Positions 27,767 to 42,387 of a stretch of 64,000 nucleotides of DNA are shown piece after piece (the stretch's first letter is position 1; every line of letters begins with the position of its first letter). The translations under genes and the position numbers were made by a program. The notes below the pieces were generated by a model. It ran no database searches, was not told the DNA's origin, and was given only the letters and a program-made list of their open reading frames with translations. This DNA comes from Octopus vulgaris. Lineage: Eukaryota. The stretch spans positions 20,646,001-20,710,000 of the forward strand of contig OX597831.1 of assembly GCA_951406725.2 (NCBI GenBank). The letters run 5' to 3'.

Positions 27767-28328
27767 TAATATGCAGAGAAAGCGTGAGAGAGTGAGATGA
27801 TAAAACAGAGAGAGGGAGAGGGAGAGAAAAAAAGGACACTGCTGTTGCTGTTACTGTTGTTGCTGCTGCTGCTGCTGATGATGATGATGGTGATGATGAT
27901 GATGATGATAACGATGATGTTAACTGAAAAAAAGACAGGAGCCAGATACAAGATTATTTGGCTTATTTGGAGTAAACCAATAAGCTGAAGGAAAGCATCT
28001 CTTTTCTTTTATTCCACTAATTCACATTCACCGGCCGACTCTTGTTGCTCTACTCCTCCTTCTACTCTCACTCTTTTTTGTTTCAGTATTTTCTCATCTC
28101 CCCCCTTTTACTCTCCTCATGCATTTATTTCTCTGCTTCTCTCTCTCTGTCAAGTCAACTTTCTCCATCTTTGCCTCTCTGTCTGTTTGCCTACCTCTGT
28201 CTTTCTGCCTCTCTGTCAATTTGTCTGTTGTCGATTTATCCATTTATCTGCCTGTCTTTTAGTCAGCGTATGTATGTATGTATGTATGTATGTATGTATG
28301 TATGTATGTATGTATGTATGTATGTATG

Positions 28329-28389
<61 letters not shown>

Positions 28390-28423
28390 GTCTATCTATC
28401 TTTCTATCTATATATCTATCTGT

Positions 28424-28491
<68 letters not shown>

Positions 28492-28519
28492 ATATCTATC
28501 TATCTATCTATCTATCGTG

Positions 28520-28700
28520 TAGGCGCGTGGCTTAGTTCTTGAGCAAAACAATTCACTTCACGTTGCTCCTGTCCACTCAGTCGGCCAAAAATGGGTAACG
28601 CTGCGATGGACTGGCGTCCCGTCCAGCTGGGGAACACATACACCATTGAAACCGGGAAGCCGGGCCCATGAGCCTGGCCAGGCTTTAAAATGGCGCATCT
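28520..28700 (+). mobile_element. SINE head D (internally deleted, CORE-like) + tail Y
   Basis: GGCGCGTGGCTTAG..CTTGAGCAAAACA..CACGTTGCTCC..GCGATGGACTGGCGTCCCGTCCAG. Confidence 0.75.
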
Positions 28701-28789
28701 ATTTATTTATCAAATTTTTATCGGCGATTTGCTTGGTGGTAAGGTTGTGTAGGAATGCATATTTTCTTACCATCATCATTTAAATCATT

Positions 28790-29520
28790 AGGAGGTTTTG
28801 CTGATTTTTATTGCTACAGATATCACGATCATTTGTAGCATATGGATTAAGGATTTGCATTCATTCTCCAGTATATCAAGTTTAGCCATACATTGCTCCA
28901 GATGGGTTGGTATGTATCCTGGTTCTTCAATAACAATAGTTATGAAGCTGAAAGTGTATGTTGGATGTTAGATTTGCAAGCTCCTTACCAATGGTCCATA
29001 AATATACTCTTTCTCTTATATTTTTCTCCCCACATTTTTTGTGGTCCCACACAACAATATCTAGCCGGTTGTGTTTTAACACGGGGGCTGTTTTAACTTT
29101 TAAGTTCCAACAATATTCCTTTGATCCATCGGCCTCAGTATGGTCAACTTTGTTTGTAGATATTTTCTGCTTTTGTTATCCTGCTCCACACTCTTCTGAC
29201 CAGCGTATCATGCCTCCCGGTAAGACAACACCTGGAAAAGCCTGTATTTGTTGTTTGTCAACTTTTTTCTGCTCCTAACGCTGTAGGTACTTCTTGGAGA
29301 ACTTTTCCATTGCTAACGGTTTTGGTGGTGTTAATGAAGATGGTGAGAGTAATGGTGACAGTTATTCTGGTGGTGGCGATTGTGGTAGTGATGGTCGTTT
29401 TTATGTGGTGAAGGTTTAGGAGTAGATGGGGATTATTTTTGTACCAGTGGAGATTAAAATAGCCATTTAAATATTTCTTCAATATTCCGGTATTATGGTT
29501 GTCGTTAATTTCGCATAAAC
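28790..29520 (-). mobile_element. RLE-type (R4/NeSL-like) LINE C-terminal remnant
   Basis: Minus strand HDTLVR..EYCWNLKVKT..KHNRLDIVVWD..GPLVRSLQ..ITIVIEEPGYIP. Confidence 0.65.
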
Positions 29521-29717
29521 TATTTTAATGGACTGATTTCCCAATACATATGCGTAGAGATACACTTACCACAGACACACACACTCATGCACACGTATAT
29601 TTATACACGTATATGTATGCACACACATACACTCTTGTCTCTGTACATTTAACAATATACATAACACATACATACATAGATTCATATATATATACATATA
29701 TATACACACACATACAT

Positions 29718-29777
<60 letters not shown>

Positions 29778-29854
29778 GTGTGTATGTATATATGCACAAC
29801 ACACTCGTGTCTATTTAAATATAACAATATATATTGTACTGGCGGCTAGCTAGC

Positions 29855-30340
29855 ATACCTTTTTAGAACACCATTAAGTAAGGCTAATCTACGAATTAAA
29901 GTAGTAGAGCGGCCTTGTGCCCTTTAAAATCTCTAATCTGCAATACATATCCCTATGATAAGTCTCCTTGTACGAAGTATAATTGTGTTGTATGTAGGAT
30001 GAACCCGCAGATTAATTGTAAGTTTAGGATTGTAGTGTATAGCTTACGATGTACTGAGGGACGGTGCAGAAACATGACAACTACATACATTGGAGAGACT
30101 GCACGCTACATAGGAGAGCGTATAGGTGACCATTGGCGAGAGCTCAAAGGAGAGAGGCTCGTCAGTGCTCTACCAACATGCTTAGGCAGAACATGGAGGC
30201 TCGATTAATAGCATAGAGGTTAAAGTATTATCGACGCATAAAACTGACACAACACTTAGACAGATCACAGAGGCAACACACATAAAAGTAGACAGACCGA
30301 CTCTCAATAGAAAACACGAATGGGTCGGTAATACCCGTCA
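29855..30340 (+). mobile_element. Second, distinct Penelope-like GIY-YIG pseudogene
   Basis: CTKYNCVVC..IVVYSLRC..C..TYIGETARYIGERIGDH, frameshift, then QHA*AEH..RQITEATHIKVDRPTLNRKHEW. Confidence 0.85.
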
Positions 30341-31631
30341 CTACACAACACCACGTGACTAAAGACAGTAGCGATGAGAAGAGAGAGAGGGAAAAAAGGG
30401 GGAAAAATAGCAAATGATATACTGAAACCTACAGGATAATACATACACAATAGACATATATACACTTACCTGTGATACTTATGAGAAATGGAGATAGATT
30501 TAAAAGTAATAATAATAAGTAAATAAATAAATATATGAATAGAAAAAATATATATAAATATGTGTGACACACCTGTGATAAATAAAGGATATAGAGATAG
30601 ATATAATAAATAAATAGAAGTATATAAAGGGCATGGACACATACATAAAACCTACGAAATGAAACCATACACACATACAAACGCACATGAAGTTTCATGG
30701 ACGGTCATAACAATGTCTACAACTAACAAAGAAGTCAACAGCAGCGGCGGTGCCAACGACGGCAATGACAATAGCAATAATAACAACAACAACTACCTTG
30801 ATGGCAACACCGTGGGCGAACATACATACACAGAAGAATACAGGAACTGTACCGTATTTCTTTTTTGTTTTCGGATCTTAAGACAGCAGCAGCTGCACAA
30901 TGCGATGAGAGGTTGGGGCTGAGGGAAAGGACACACTGCTGCTAGAAACTATGACACATACGCACAAGCATCATCATCACACACACCACCACCACCACCA
31001 CCACCACCACCACCACCACCACCACCACCACACATCATCATCATCATCATCACACCACCACCACCACCACCACCATCATCATCATCAACACAAACGCATG
31101 CGTACATAAGGATGCACATCTTAGAAGAACAGAATGGAGTACGTGGAGCAAGAACACGCACGAAAACGAAAAGTGTCGTTGAAGAGGTCACAGATGTGTG
31201 AGAAAAAATTTCCGGACAATGGACATGAATTAAAATAAGAAAATAAGAAAAATAATAAACGACTGAAAAAATATATATAGTGCATGTATTTACTTGGCAA
31301 AAACAAAGAAAAGAAAATGCCCACGATCCACATGAGAGCCTTCTCCCCCACCAAATTTGGGAGGTACGCGGCCACACCTGCAGCCTACATCATATCCCCT
31401 TTGTTTTTCATCTTTATGGATGAGCACAATATCTTGTCGTCTCGCCTCTATGACTTTGTCGCACTGCACGTTTAAAATCCCAGATTATTTTGTAATGTTC
31501 GTTTTCCATTACTCCCTCTGGCTTGTATTCATATCATTGTTCGAGGTTTGCTTCGCCGCACAACAGCCAGTGCACATATCTGGCCACATTGTTCTGTCTC
31601 CTTTTATATTCGCGTTGTGCGAGCTTACATA

Positions 31632-32015
31632 GGAAGCACTCCGTCGGTTACGACGACGTGGGTTCCGGTTGATCCGAATCAACGGAACAGCCTGCTCGTG
31701 AAATTAACGTGTAAGTGGCTGAGCACTCCACAGACACGTGTACCCTTAACGTAGTTCTCGGGGATATTCAGCGTGACACAAAGAGTGACAAGGCCGGCCC
31801 TTTGAAATACAGGTACAACAGAAACAGGAAGTAAGAGTGAGAGAAAGTTGTGGTGAAAGAGCACAGCAGGGATCACCACCATCCCCTGCCGGAGCTTCAT
31901 GGAGCTTTAGGTGTTTTCGCTCAATAAACACTCCCAACGCCCGGTCTGGGAATCGAAACCGCGATCCTATGACCGCGAGTCCGCTGTCCTAACCACTGGG
32001 CCATTGCGCCTCCAC
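31632..32015 (-). mobile_element. Full-length SINE head C + tail X
   Basis: Reverse complement of 5801-6185 at high identity. Confidence 0.92.
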
Positions 32016-32059
32016 TAACAATATGGCTTTCTCCCTTCTCAGAGCACATCCTACACTGT

Positions 32060-32530
32060 GGCGAGTCAGTGCTTTTCTCAATGTTACGTTTGGAATAGTT
32101 TGTTTTGAGAACTTGTTCTTGGGCGCTGTTTAATCTGTATTGTGCTATTCTCTGTTCCTATCTCTTTCGTTTATATACTTTAGCTTTCACCCTCTGCTTT
32201 CATTTCTCAATCACAATATTGATTCCCTTTCTCTTCACCCTATACTTCCTCTCTAGCTCGACATATTTCTCCTACTGAACTTCCAGAATATTAATATGCT
32301 TTCTGGTCTCGTAAATAGTCTGCGTTATTCTCCTTTTCCACCATGGTTCCTTCAGGTTATATTGACATTTATCTTTGGCTTTCAAACCTAACTTGCAGGC
32401 TATAAATATCGCGATTGCCTTTTATCAGATTGTTTGTGTCTGTGATGTTGTCAGTCCTGATATCACCATTCTCTTTCTCATCCTTCCGTTCACCGTTGAT
32501 CTTACTATTCCTAAGCACCCGTCTCTTAAA
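32060..32530 (-). mobile_element. R4/Dong-type LINE pre-RT fragment
   Basis: Minus strand IRTDNITDTNNLI..EPWWKRRI..KGINIVIEK*KQRVKAKVYKRKR*EQRIAQYRLN. Confidence 0.7.
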
Positions 32531-32537
32531 GATTTCT

Positions 32538-32862
<325 letters not shown>

Positions 32863-32869
32863 AGTGGTC

Positions 32870-33252
32870 TTATTATTATCACGTGCTATCACGGCACTAC
32901 CGAGCACAGCCCTGTGTGTCTTGGGTATGTGCTGTGCTTTGTCGTGGGGCTTTTATTTCCACTGAATTGAAAGAGCTTCACGTAGGACGTCTGGAGTGCT
33001 TAGTAGTGTTATTTCCTGCCCGTTTTATACATTTGTAAAACCTAGTGTTTTGGTTATAAATTGTTTTTTCTTGGTTATGTGAATGGTTTTTTTTTTATCA
33101 TACCAAATGCACCTATTATTATAGGCATTGTTTCTGTTTATAGGCTCCACATTCGAATTACCACTATTTCCAGATTTTTGTATTTTGAGAGTTTCTCCGT
33201 TTCTTTTAGTGATGCATTGTCATCTGTTGGTACTGATATATCGATTAGAAGG
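32870..33252 (-). mobile_element. 5'-truncated R4/Dong LINE 3' end
   Basis: Minus strand LLIDISVPTDDNASLKETEKLSKYKNLEI..MPIIIGAFGMIKK; ends in (TAA) on the sense strand. Confidence 0.85.
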
Positions 33253-33297
<45 letters not shown>

Positions 33298-33336
33298 ATT
33301 ACATTATTATTATCATTATTATTATTATTATTATTA

Positions 33337-33401
<65 letters not shown>

Positions 33402-34264
33402 TTTTTGTTGTTTTTTTTAAAAAATAATTTGAATACTTAGCAGTTATTTTTTACGCTTATTATAGTTTCGCCTAAAAGCAGATACGTATACAAAGAATTA
33501 CACACACATACACACAATCATGCACACACATATACATACACGCACATCCACACACATACGCACTACACACCCCGCACACAATATATATATATGTATATAT
33601 ATATATATACATACACACACACGCACACACGCGCGTGTATAGACACACAGAAATAAAAATAACGATGGAAGCCAATATCATAAATGTTCTTGACATTAAA
33701 TTAATGGGTTGTTTTATGTTTTGCAAGGATGTATTAACCCCTGATTTTAGGATCATAGAAACGGGTGGGGGTGAGTTTCAAATTCTTGATGGTGGTGGTG
33801 ATAGTGATGTTGTCGGCGGCGACGGCGGTGGCGGTGGCGGTGACGATATTGCTAGGAAAGACAGGGAACTAGGATAAGGGAAGAAATGAGTTGTTTAACT
33901 CTATGTAGTTGCATAATGAACTTTTTTTTTAATGTGTTGCAATTAGTGAGTTCTATTTTGAGCTGTTTCGAGCTTTATTACCTGAAATAGAGAATAATAG
34001 AAAAAAATTATACATCATATAATAACAACAAACCCCATAAGAAAAAAAACATATGAAATGAAAATATGTACGCCCTCTATCGGGAAAAGCATCCGAAGCG
34101 AAGTGCTGCTGTTGTCAATGTTGCCGCTGCGGCTGTTGCTGCCCCTACAGCTGATACTGTTGTCGTTCAATGGCCGAACTAACAAAGGATCAGTTCGAAA
34201 GGTTCCAGTCTCTTAATGCTGACTTAGATAATTTAGTAATTTAGTGTTGCTTTAATAACAATAA

Positions 34265-34486
34265 TCCATTCTACTATAGGCACAAAGCTTGGAATTTGGG
34301 AGGAGAGTGCCAGTCGATTATACTGACCCCAGCACGCAACTAGTACTTAATTTATCGACCCCGAGAAGGATCAAAGGCATAGTCGACCTCGGCGGAATTT
34401 CGAACTCCGAATATAAAAGACAGACGAATTACCGCTAAGCATTTTGGCCCGGCGTGCTATCGTTTCGGTAAGCATTTCGCCCGCCG
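34265..34486 (-). mobile_element. SINE family B monomer (tail 2)
   Basis: TTCTACTATAGGCACAAAGC..TTTATCGACCCCGAGAAGG..GTCGACCTCGGCGGAATTT. Confidence 0.85.
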
Positions 34487-34511
34487 TTGCAAACTAATAA
34501 TAATAATAATG

Positions 34512-34566
<55 letters not shown>

Positions 34567-34587
34567 CAACAACAACAACAATAATAA

Positions 34588-35004
34588 AATGCCCTGGTGC
34601 AGTACCAGGTAGTGGCTCTCAAGGCTGATTGGAAATATTATCACGTACATTGTTTTGTCTTGATATAAAATATGGGCTACAGTAAATATTCTACTCAATA
34701 CCACAGATTTGCTGATCAGTTGTTTGACCATAACCAGTTTAGCATGTCCCTTGGTAGCTGACGATATGTACATCTCTGATCACGAGCAGTAGTAGCGGAG
34801 GATCATCATAGCCAATGTGTTGAGAGAAATTATTTGGGGTTTGCATAATTCACCTCTGGTAACATTGATGTTTCGTTCAACACCCATAAACAACTCTTAT
34901 TAAGGGACCATTTGAGCGAGATGGGCTACTCGACCTGAAGAAAATTCTAACTGGGTTCCACCTGCAAGGTCATGCGCTGTTTATCTTGATATGAGATCAC
35001 CATG
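34588..35004 (-). mobile_element. TAA-associated ~550-bp non-coding repeat ('element T'), truncated copy
   Basis: Homologous to 58111-58657 and 59471-60022; abuts (AAT)n; strand inferred from truncation. Confidence 0.8.
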
Positions 35005-35142
35005 GTTACTGTATTGAAAGTGTTTTGCGTAGGAGGTGAGCAGTACCCAGTAATGCAATTTTCTGTATGTTATATATATTTGTGAGTTCTAGTATTATTG
35101 TTATGTATTTATCTGAATATCATTTTATCATACATAATGATA

Positions 35143-35485
<343 letters not shown>

Positions 35486-35591
35486 TTTTTACAGTTTGAT
35501 AGATAAATCTCTACCAGTTCCTCCTTCTGGTTCGTATGTGTACGTACGTACGTAGTACGTATGTATGTATGTATGTATGTATGTATGTATG

Positions 35592-35622
<31 letters not shown>

Positions 35623-35788
35623 CATGTATGATGGTCTGGTCTGATCTGGAAGTCCTAAAGATATAAAATTGTATGTAAAGCTGACCTTAAAAAAGAAAAA
35701 AATGAACGAATATGAGTTTGGTTTAATACCAATTATATATATTTGGGAAGACGCTCGCAAGAAATGGAAGAAATGAAGAAGAAGAAAA

Positions 35789-35844
<56 letters not shown>

Positions 35845-37969
35845 CACGCTGTTGCCAAAATCATCCACACCTACGATAGAAAATATGAGATGATCGCCTA
35901 AACCCATGATTGATAACATAGCAATCACTGTAACCACACTGCCGATAACACCGAGCGTGCTAACGAGCGGTGTCGATGTGTCGATAACAAGTGTTTGGTC
36001 AATATACAAATCTGACTTGAGATCACTTCAACGATATATAGCTTGCCACCGAATTATTTAGTTGGGCGGTAAATGTAGAGCAAATGTAATTAATTCAGCA
36101 AGGACACCTAGCGGTCATGTAAAAGGTTCCGACACGTCGTTTCTCAACGATCTGTCTTATTTCAGCTTGAGGGTTCCTACTTGAATTACGTTGAAGGCTT
36201 GACAAGTGAATTATATTACGGCGAGAGACTTCAGTTTTAGGTCTTGATACTTGAATTAGATTCCAACTTTTAAGTTTTCAATATTATTATATAGTTTCAC
36301 TGAAAGTTCAGCCAAGCCGAAGACAACATTTCTGCATGCGTCTATTGCTTTCAGAATAGTGGTATTTCGTAACACTATCATTCCATCGCACTCTTCCTGC
36401 TTCCTCGTTCACATACAATCTGAAGGTTTGAAGAATAATTTTTAGAAATGTCTTTAATTTAATATAGAAACAACTCGCTGTTCGTCCTCAGAATCAAATA
36501 GTTCGACTTTTTCAGATGTCATTATTAATTATTTTAAGATGTGAGATTTACCATTGTTGGTATTGCTGGTGTTTCGCTACGTTGCCATATCTGATTGGAC
36601 CGAGAACACTTAATAAATAAAAAATTTCTAGGTGTGACAGTTCTGTTTTGCTGACATAATTTACTTCAGAGTACATTATTAAATTAATTGCTGGCAAGGA
36701 TACAGCATCTCATATCAACAATAATATACTACCAAGTGTATTATAGGTTTTCAAGTCAATATTGTACCTTATCGTGTGTTAGCAATGCGATATGCTCAAT
36801 TTTAAGTATATTTCTATAGCACTACAAGTTACAACGTTTCATAAACGATTAGATCTATATAAATAATGCGATCGAAGATAGATGAAATAGATATTCCTGA
36901 GTATTGGTATGAATATATTAATTTCTGGCAAATATGCAGTGTTATCCTTTATAATACAGGTTTACAGGTCCATATTGAGTCTTATTTTGTGTTAGTAGTG
37001 CGCGATATGTTCACTTTTAAATTTATCTCTTTAAAGTTTCTGTAGAATTCACAACCAGCACTGCAATTAATTTGTGCGTACCAGTCGCCAGAAATGTGTC
37101 TAATATGTAAATTAATCTATCCATTTGAGTCAAACAACTAAAACTAGTGGATTTGTAAGCAAAATGTTCGTGGATAAAAGATGGATTGGATGTGGTTACT
37201 GATGAAAGAGAAAATATTCTCGAAATATGCATGTACACCCATTATCTACTTATTCTATATTCGATCGCATTTTTTACGTAGACGTATTCGTCTGCGAATC
37301 ATCGAAACTTGCCGTGTTGGTTCTGAATTCTGTAGAAAATCCATCGAGATAAATTTAAAAGTGACACCACCAAATTTATCATACTTTTTTCTTCAGAGAG
37401 AAGTTTGATTTGAAAGAAATTTCTCGCATTTCGAGCGACATGATAAAGGTACTCTTCTTAGTTGGTAGTTACGGTGAGATTAAGAAATTTCGACAACAGT
37501 TGTTGTTCATTTCTTACTCATTATTGCTGGTATGGCAGCAAATATTTAGTGAGGGTTATAATGAGACTGTTGATGTCGCTGTTATTCCCGAAGAGCGGCG
37601 GTTGGGGTGGGATGCATTCGAAATGTTTTTTTTTCCAACTGGATAAAAGGGGTTTCTTTTTAAGATGACTTATGGTAATGTTTTTAGGACATGTAATATT
37701 CACGCGCGCGCAAACACACACACATCTGTCTTGTTTTACATGCCTAAACACTAATATAACCTTATAGTTTAAATATTTCTGACAATGTTGGAAGACGAGA
37801 TTCTATTCTAAGCCGAAAGACAATGCATGAGATTACGTGTTTGACTGTTTTATTATTGTTTTTTTATTCCTGTATATTCTAATTTTTTTCCCATTTTCTT
37901 CTCAAACCTTGTGTGTTCTAGTCTCTTAATTATTCATGTTTAAGATATGTCCCATCTTTATGAGTTATC

Positions 37970-38495
37970 CTTTCATTCATTCATTCTTTCATTCATTCAT
38001 TCTTTCATTCATTTATTCATTTATTCATTCTTTCATTGATTCATTCAATCATTTATTCTTTCATTTCATTCATTTATTCATTGTTTCATTCATTCATTCA
38101 TTCATTCATTCATTTATTCATTGTTTCATTCATTCATTCATTCTTTCATTCATTCATTTCATTCATTCATTCATTCATTCTTTCATTTATTCATTCTTTC
38201 ATTCATGCATTCATTCATTTATTCATTCATTCATTCATTGTTTCATTTATTCATTCTTTCATTCATTCTTTCATTCATTCATTTATTCATTCATTTATTC
38301 ATTGTTTCATTCATTCATTCATTCATTCATTTATTCATTGTTTCATTCATTCATTCATTCATTCATTCATTCATTTATTCATTCTTTCATTCATTCATTC
38401 TTTCATTCATTTATTCATTCTTTCATTCATGCATTCATTCATTTATTCATTCTTTCATTCATTCATTCATTCATTCATTCATTTATCCATTCATT
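37970..38495. repeat. Degenerate (TTCA)n tetranucleotide array
   Basis: Direct reading, ~525 bp. Confidence 0.95.
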
Positions 38496-38557
38496 AAAGA
38501 GTGTCGGACAAAATGCCTGGTGACCCTTTCCGTTTCAGCTCTCGATCACAACACTTA

Positions 38558-38772
38558 CGAGTGATGCTGAAAAGATCCCGGATTTGAGTAAGAGAAAATT
38601 AAGGAGGATCAGTTAATTATGATTTTATTCAAAATATTCCCTTCCTAGATTCACACACTTATTGCAGCAGACTTTCCGTTTCTCTAAGCCCTGTATAAGA
38701 ACTCGGAAGGTTGACCCTCCAACCAGGGCTTTTGCGCTAACCTTAAACTCAGGAACTTTTCGGCATCTCTCC
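38558..38772 (-). mobile_element. Mariner-derived MITE
   Basis: TA-flanked; TIRs CGAGTGATGCTGAAAAGATCCCGG / CAGGAACTTTTCGGCATCTCTCC; homologous to 6200-6365. Confidence 0.75.
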
Positions 38773-39019
38773 TACATCGTGCACATAATTTTGTTATGTT
38801 CCTTATTTCCCTCAGTGGACAGCAAACATGCCATGTCACAACCTTGAAGTGTTTTGTCGATCAATTAATTCAACACCAGTTCATACTTTGAGGTATGTTA
38901 TTTGTTCTATCGGTCTCTTTTGGTTGAACTCCTTGATTACGTGCACGTAAACAAAACACCTGTTGTGAAGCGGCGTGATACAGACAAAAACTAAAAAACA
39001 CGCGCACAGAGACACATAT

Positions 39020-39060
<41 letters not shown>

Positions 39061-39061
<1 letters not shown>

Positions 39062-39383
39062 GAGCACTCCAACGATTACGACGACGAAGGTCCCAGCTGA
39101 TACGGTCAACGGAATAGTTTGCTCGTGAAATTAACGTGCAAGTGACTGAGCAATCCACAGACACGTGTACCCCTAACGTAATTCTCAGGGAGATTCAGCA
39201 TGACATAGAGTGTGACAAGGCTGGCCCTTTGAAATACAGGTACTACTCATTTTTGCCAGCTGAATGGACTGGAGCAACGTGAAATAAAGTGTCTTGCTCA
39301 AGGACACAACGCGTCGCAAGGAATTGAACTCACGACCTTACAATCTTGAGGCGAATAGCCTAACCACTAAGCTACGTGCCTTC
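39061..39383 (-). mobile_element. SINE head D (CORE-like) + tail X
   Basis: Head GGCACGTAGCTTAGTGGTTAG..GTCCTTGAGCAAGACACTT joined to the same tail as 5801 (GTACCTGTATTTCAAAGGGCCAGCCTTGTCAC..). Confidence 0.85.
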
Positions 39384-39647
39384 ATACACACATACACACA
39401 CACACATTCACGCACACTCTCACATGCGAATATTCGCACACACAGACTCATGGATAAATATGACGAGCTTCAAAAAGGTTTCTGTTTACCAGATTCACTC
39501 TCAAAGCGTTGATCATCTCTAAGCTATAGAAGACAACTGATCTGGCGCACACTAGGACTCCACCCGATACCACACACACTATCACTCTCACTCCCATACG
39601 CGCACACACATACACAGAAAAATACACATACATACATACATTGCACG

Positions 39648-40265
39648 CTAGAAAGAAGTCCTATGATGGATGCCTCTTATGTGTTTAAACGTACACTGTA
39701 TTTATATGAATAATATATATAGTCTAATGGCTAAATTTTTAGACGCTAGGCCACTGGTACTAGACATTTCTAATATTTCTTATTACTCTTGATATTAATT
39801 ATTGATTATTTTTTTCTGGATAATTTTAGAATTGAAAAGCCGGCATTTTAATTTTACTGCCGACAAGGACCTGCGCTTGCGCGGTAGATTTTTATAAATT
39901 AGAATGTATAAGCACGGGCCATATACTAGATTGTCTCGTGTATATATGTTTAATCTAAGGTGTACCTGCTGAAGAAGACTTCGCCTAGCAAATTATTTTA
40001 TTTGTAGAAAATGTCTGAAACCATGGTCCAGGAGTTAGATGGCAAATGTTTATATTTTTCATTCCCTTCAAAGTTTTATCCCTAATAGTGGTTTGGAAGT
40101 TAACTGTTCTTTCTAGCGTGGAAGGAGTCTTATGAAGAATGCCTCTTATGTGTTTAAATTTACACTGTATTTATATGAATATTATATAGTCTAATTACTA
40201 AATTATTTACACGTTAGGCCACTGATAGTAGAAATTTCTAATATATTTTATTACCCTTGATATTA
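39648..40265 (+). mobile_element. ~470-bp-period partial tandem repeat carrying a hammerhead (retrozyme-like or PLE pseudo-LTR)
   Basis: ~150-bp direct repeats at 39648-39797 and 40118-40265 (TGCCTCTTATGTGTTTAAA at 39671 and 40140). Confidence 0.7.
39965..40032 (+). ncRNA. Type I hammerhead ribozyme (intact core, GUC site)
   Basis: CCTG-CTGAAGA-AGAC[..GCAAAT/ATTTGT..]GTCT-GAAA-CCATGG-TC^CAGG; stem I CCTG/CAGG, palindromic stem III. Confidence 0.85.
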
Positions 40266-40267
40266 TT

Positions 40268-40320
<53 letters not shown>

Positions 40321-40343
40321 ATAAACACACATATATATATATG

Positions 40344-40397
<54 letters not shown>

Positions 40398-40464
40398 ATA
40401 TATATAAATATATACAAAATATATATATATATGTATATATATATGTATATATATATATATATAT

Positions 40465-40530
40465 ATTTATTATATAGAAGAAGCTTCTACAGGACTATAG
40501 TCCTGTAGAAGCTCCTTCTATATAATAAAT
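40465..40530. repeat. 66-bp spacerless palindrome
   Basis: ATTTATTATATAGAAGAAGCTTCTACAGGACTA|TAGTCCTGTAGAAGCTCCTTCTATATAATAAAT, one mismatch. Confidence 0.92.
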
Positions 40531-40595
40531 TAATTTACTCTGCTATGTATTGAGTACCTTACTTACTGTGGTTAACCCCGACTCAACCCGGGACC

Positions 40596-40649
<54 letters not shown>

Positions 40650-40680
40650 CACACACATGAAATCACCTTACTATACCATA

Positions 40681-40897
40681 TTCTTTTCTACTCTAGTCAC
40701 AAGGCCCGAAATTATTGGGGAGGGGGCCAGGCAATTAAATCGAGCCCAGTACGCAACTGGTACTTAATTTATCGATCCCGAAAGGATGAAAGGTAAAGTC
40801 GACACCTCAGCGAAATTTGAACTCAGAACGTAAAGACAGACGAAGTACCGTTAAGCATTTCGCTCGCCGTGCTAACGTTTATGACAGCCCGCCGCCT
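40681..40897 (-). mobile_element. SINE family B monomer (tail 2)
   Basis: TTCTTTTCTACTCTAG..CCCGAAAGGATGAAAGG..TTTGAACTCAGAACGT..CCCGCCGCC. Confidence 0.88.
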
Positions 40898-41274
40898 CAT
40901 TACTATGAAATATTGCTCCTGCTCTCTCTTTCTTGCACTCTTTTCACTCTCCTTCTTCCTCATTATCTCTCCCCACCTTCCCTCCTGTCTCTCTTTATCT
41001 CTTACTATTCACCAATCACGATGCAGTGTTTAAAGCAGACGACCCATAAAGCATTCGTCCAGATCACCAATACAGCCGACACCACCAGCTTCCCTCACCA
41101 GTACCACCTCCTGTAACACTACCACCACCACCACCACTACCACTACCACCACCCACACACACAAACACCCACCCACCAGCACCACCAGCACCAGCTCCAC
41201 CACCACCATCACCACCACCCACCACCACCACCCACCACCACCACCACCACCATCAACCACCACCCACCACCACC

Positions 41275-41336
<62 letters not shown>

Positions 41337-41988
41337 ACACCAACAGTAACACCACCAACAACACGACTAACCACCACTACCGCAACGACGGTTACAATAG
41401 ATAGACAGTGTCTTGCCGTAAATCACTTCCATATCTAAGCTTCCGACATCGACACTGTATTGTTTCCCCCGTATTATCATCTTTCACAACGTCAGTTTGT
41501 TGTTTCAGAATAATTTAACTGTAATTTAATACAGTATCCAACCATCGATTTCTCTTACGCTATCATTCCACCTCTTCTATTTTTCCATCATCCACTGTCT
41601 CCTGCCTCCATCTTATCTCTCCTCATAACACTTATATCTCACTATACGTTCGCTAATTTATTTTCATCTCGTTTTCATTGTATGTGCATATAAAGTTTGT
41701 TGTATTTTCAAGGAGTGAAATTAATGGGTGTTTATTTTTGTGGGAGAGAGAGGAATTTAATGTCCATTTATTAAATAATACAATAATACATTCTCTCAAC
41801 ACTTAATTGCTTTCGTTGTATCATTGTATTCCACTGAATATTTTATCAAAATTCCACGCTCCACTCCCACACCATCCCACACACAGCAGATGCAAATATA
41901 CATAATTATGTTTATGAATAGGCACATACATATGTATAAATATGTATGTATGAATATATATATATATATTCAAAGTATGCATATCTAT

Positions 41989-42071
<83 letters not shown>

Positions 42072-42163
42072 ACTATCTATCTATCTATCTAACTAACTAT
42101 CTATCTATCTATCTATCTATCTATCTCTATCTATCTATCTATCTAACTAACTATCTATCTATC

Positions 42164-42194
<31 letters not shown>

Positions 42195-42300
42195 CTATAT
42201 ATATATATATACATACATATGCATATATACATACATAGATACATACAGATATGAATATATATTATATTTATGTACGCACATATGCATATTTCTATTTCTC

Positions 42301-42387
<87 letters not shown>

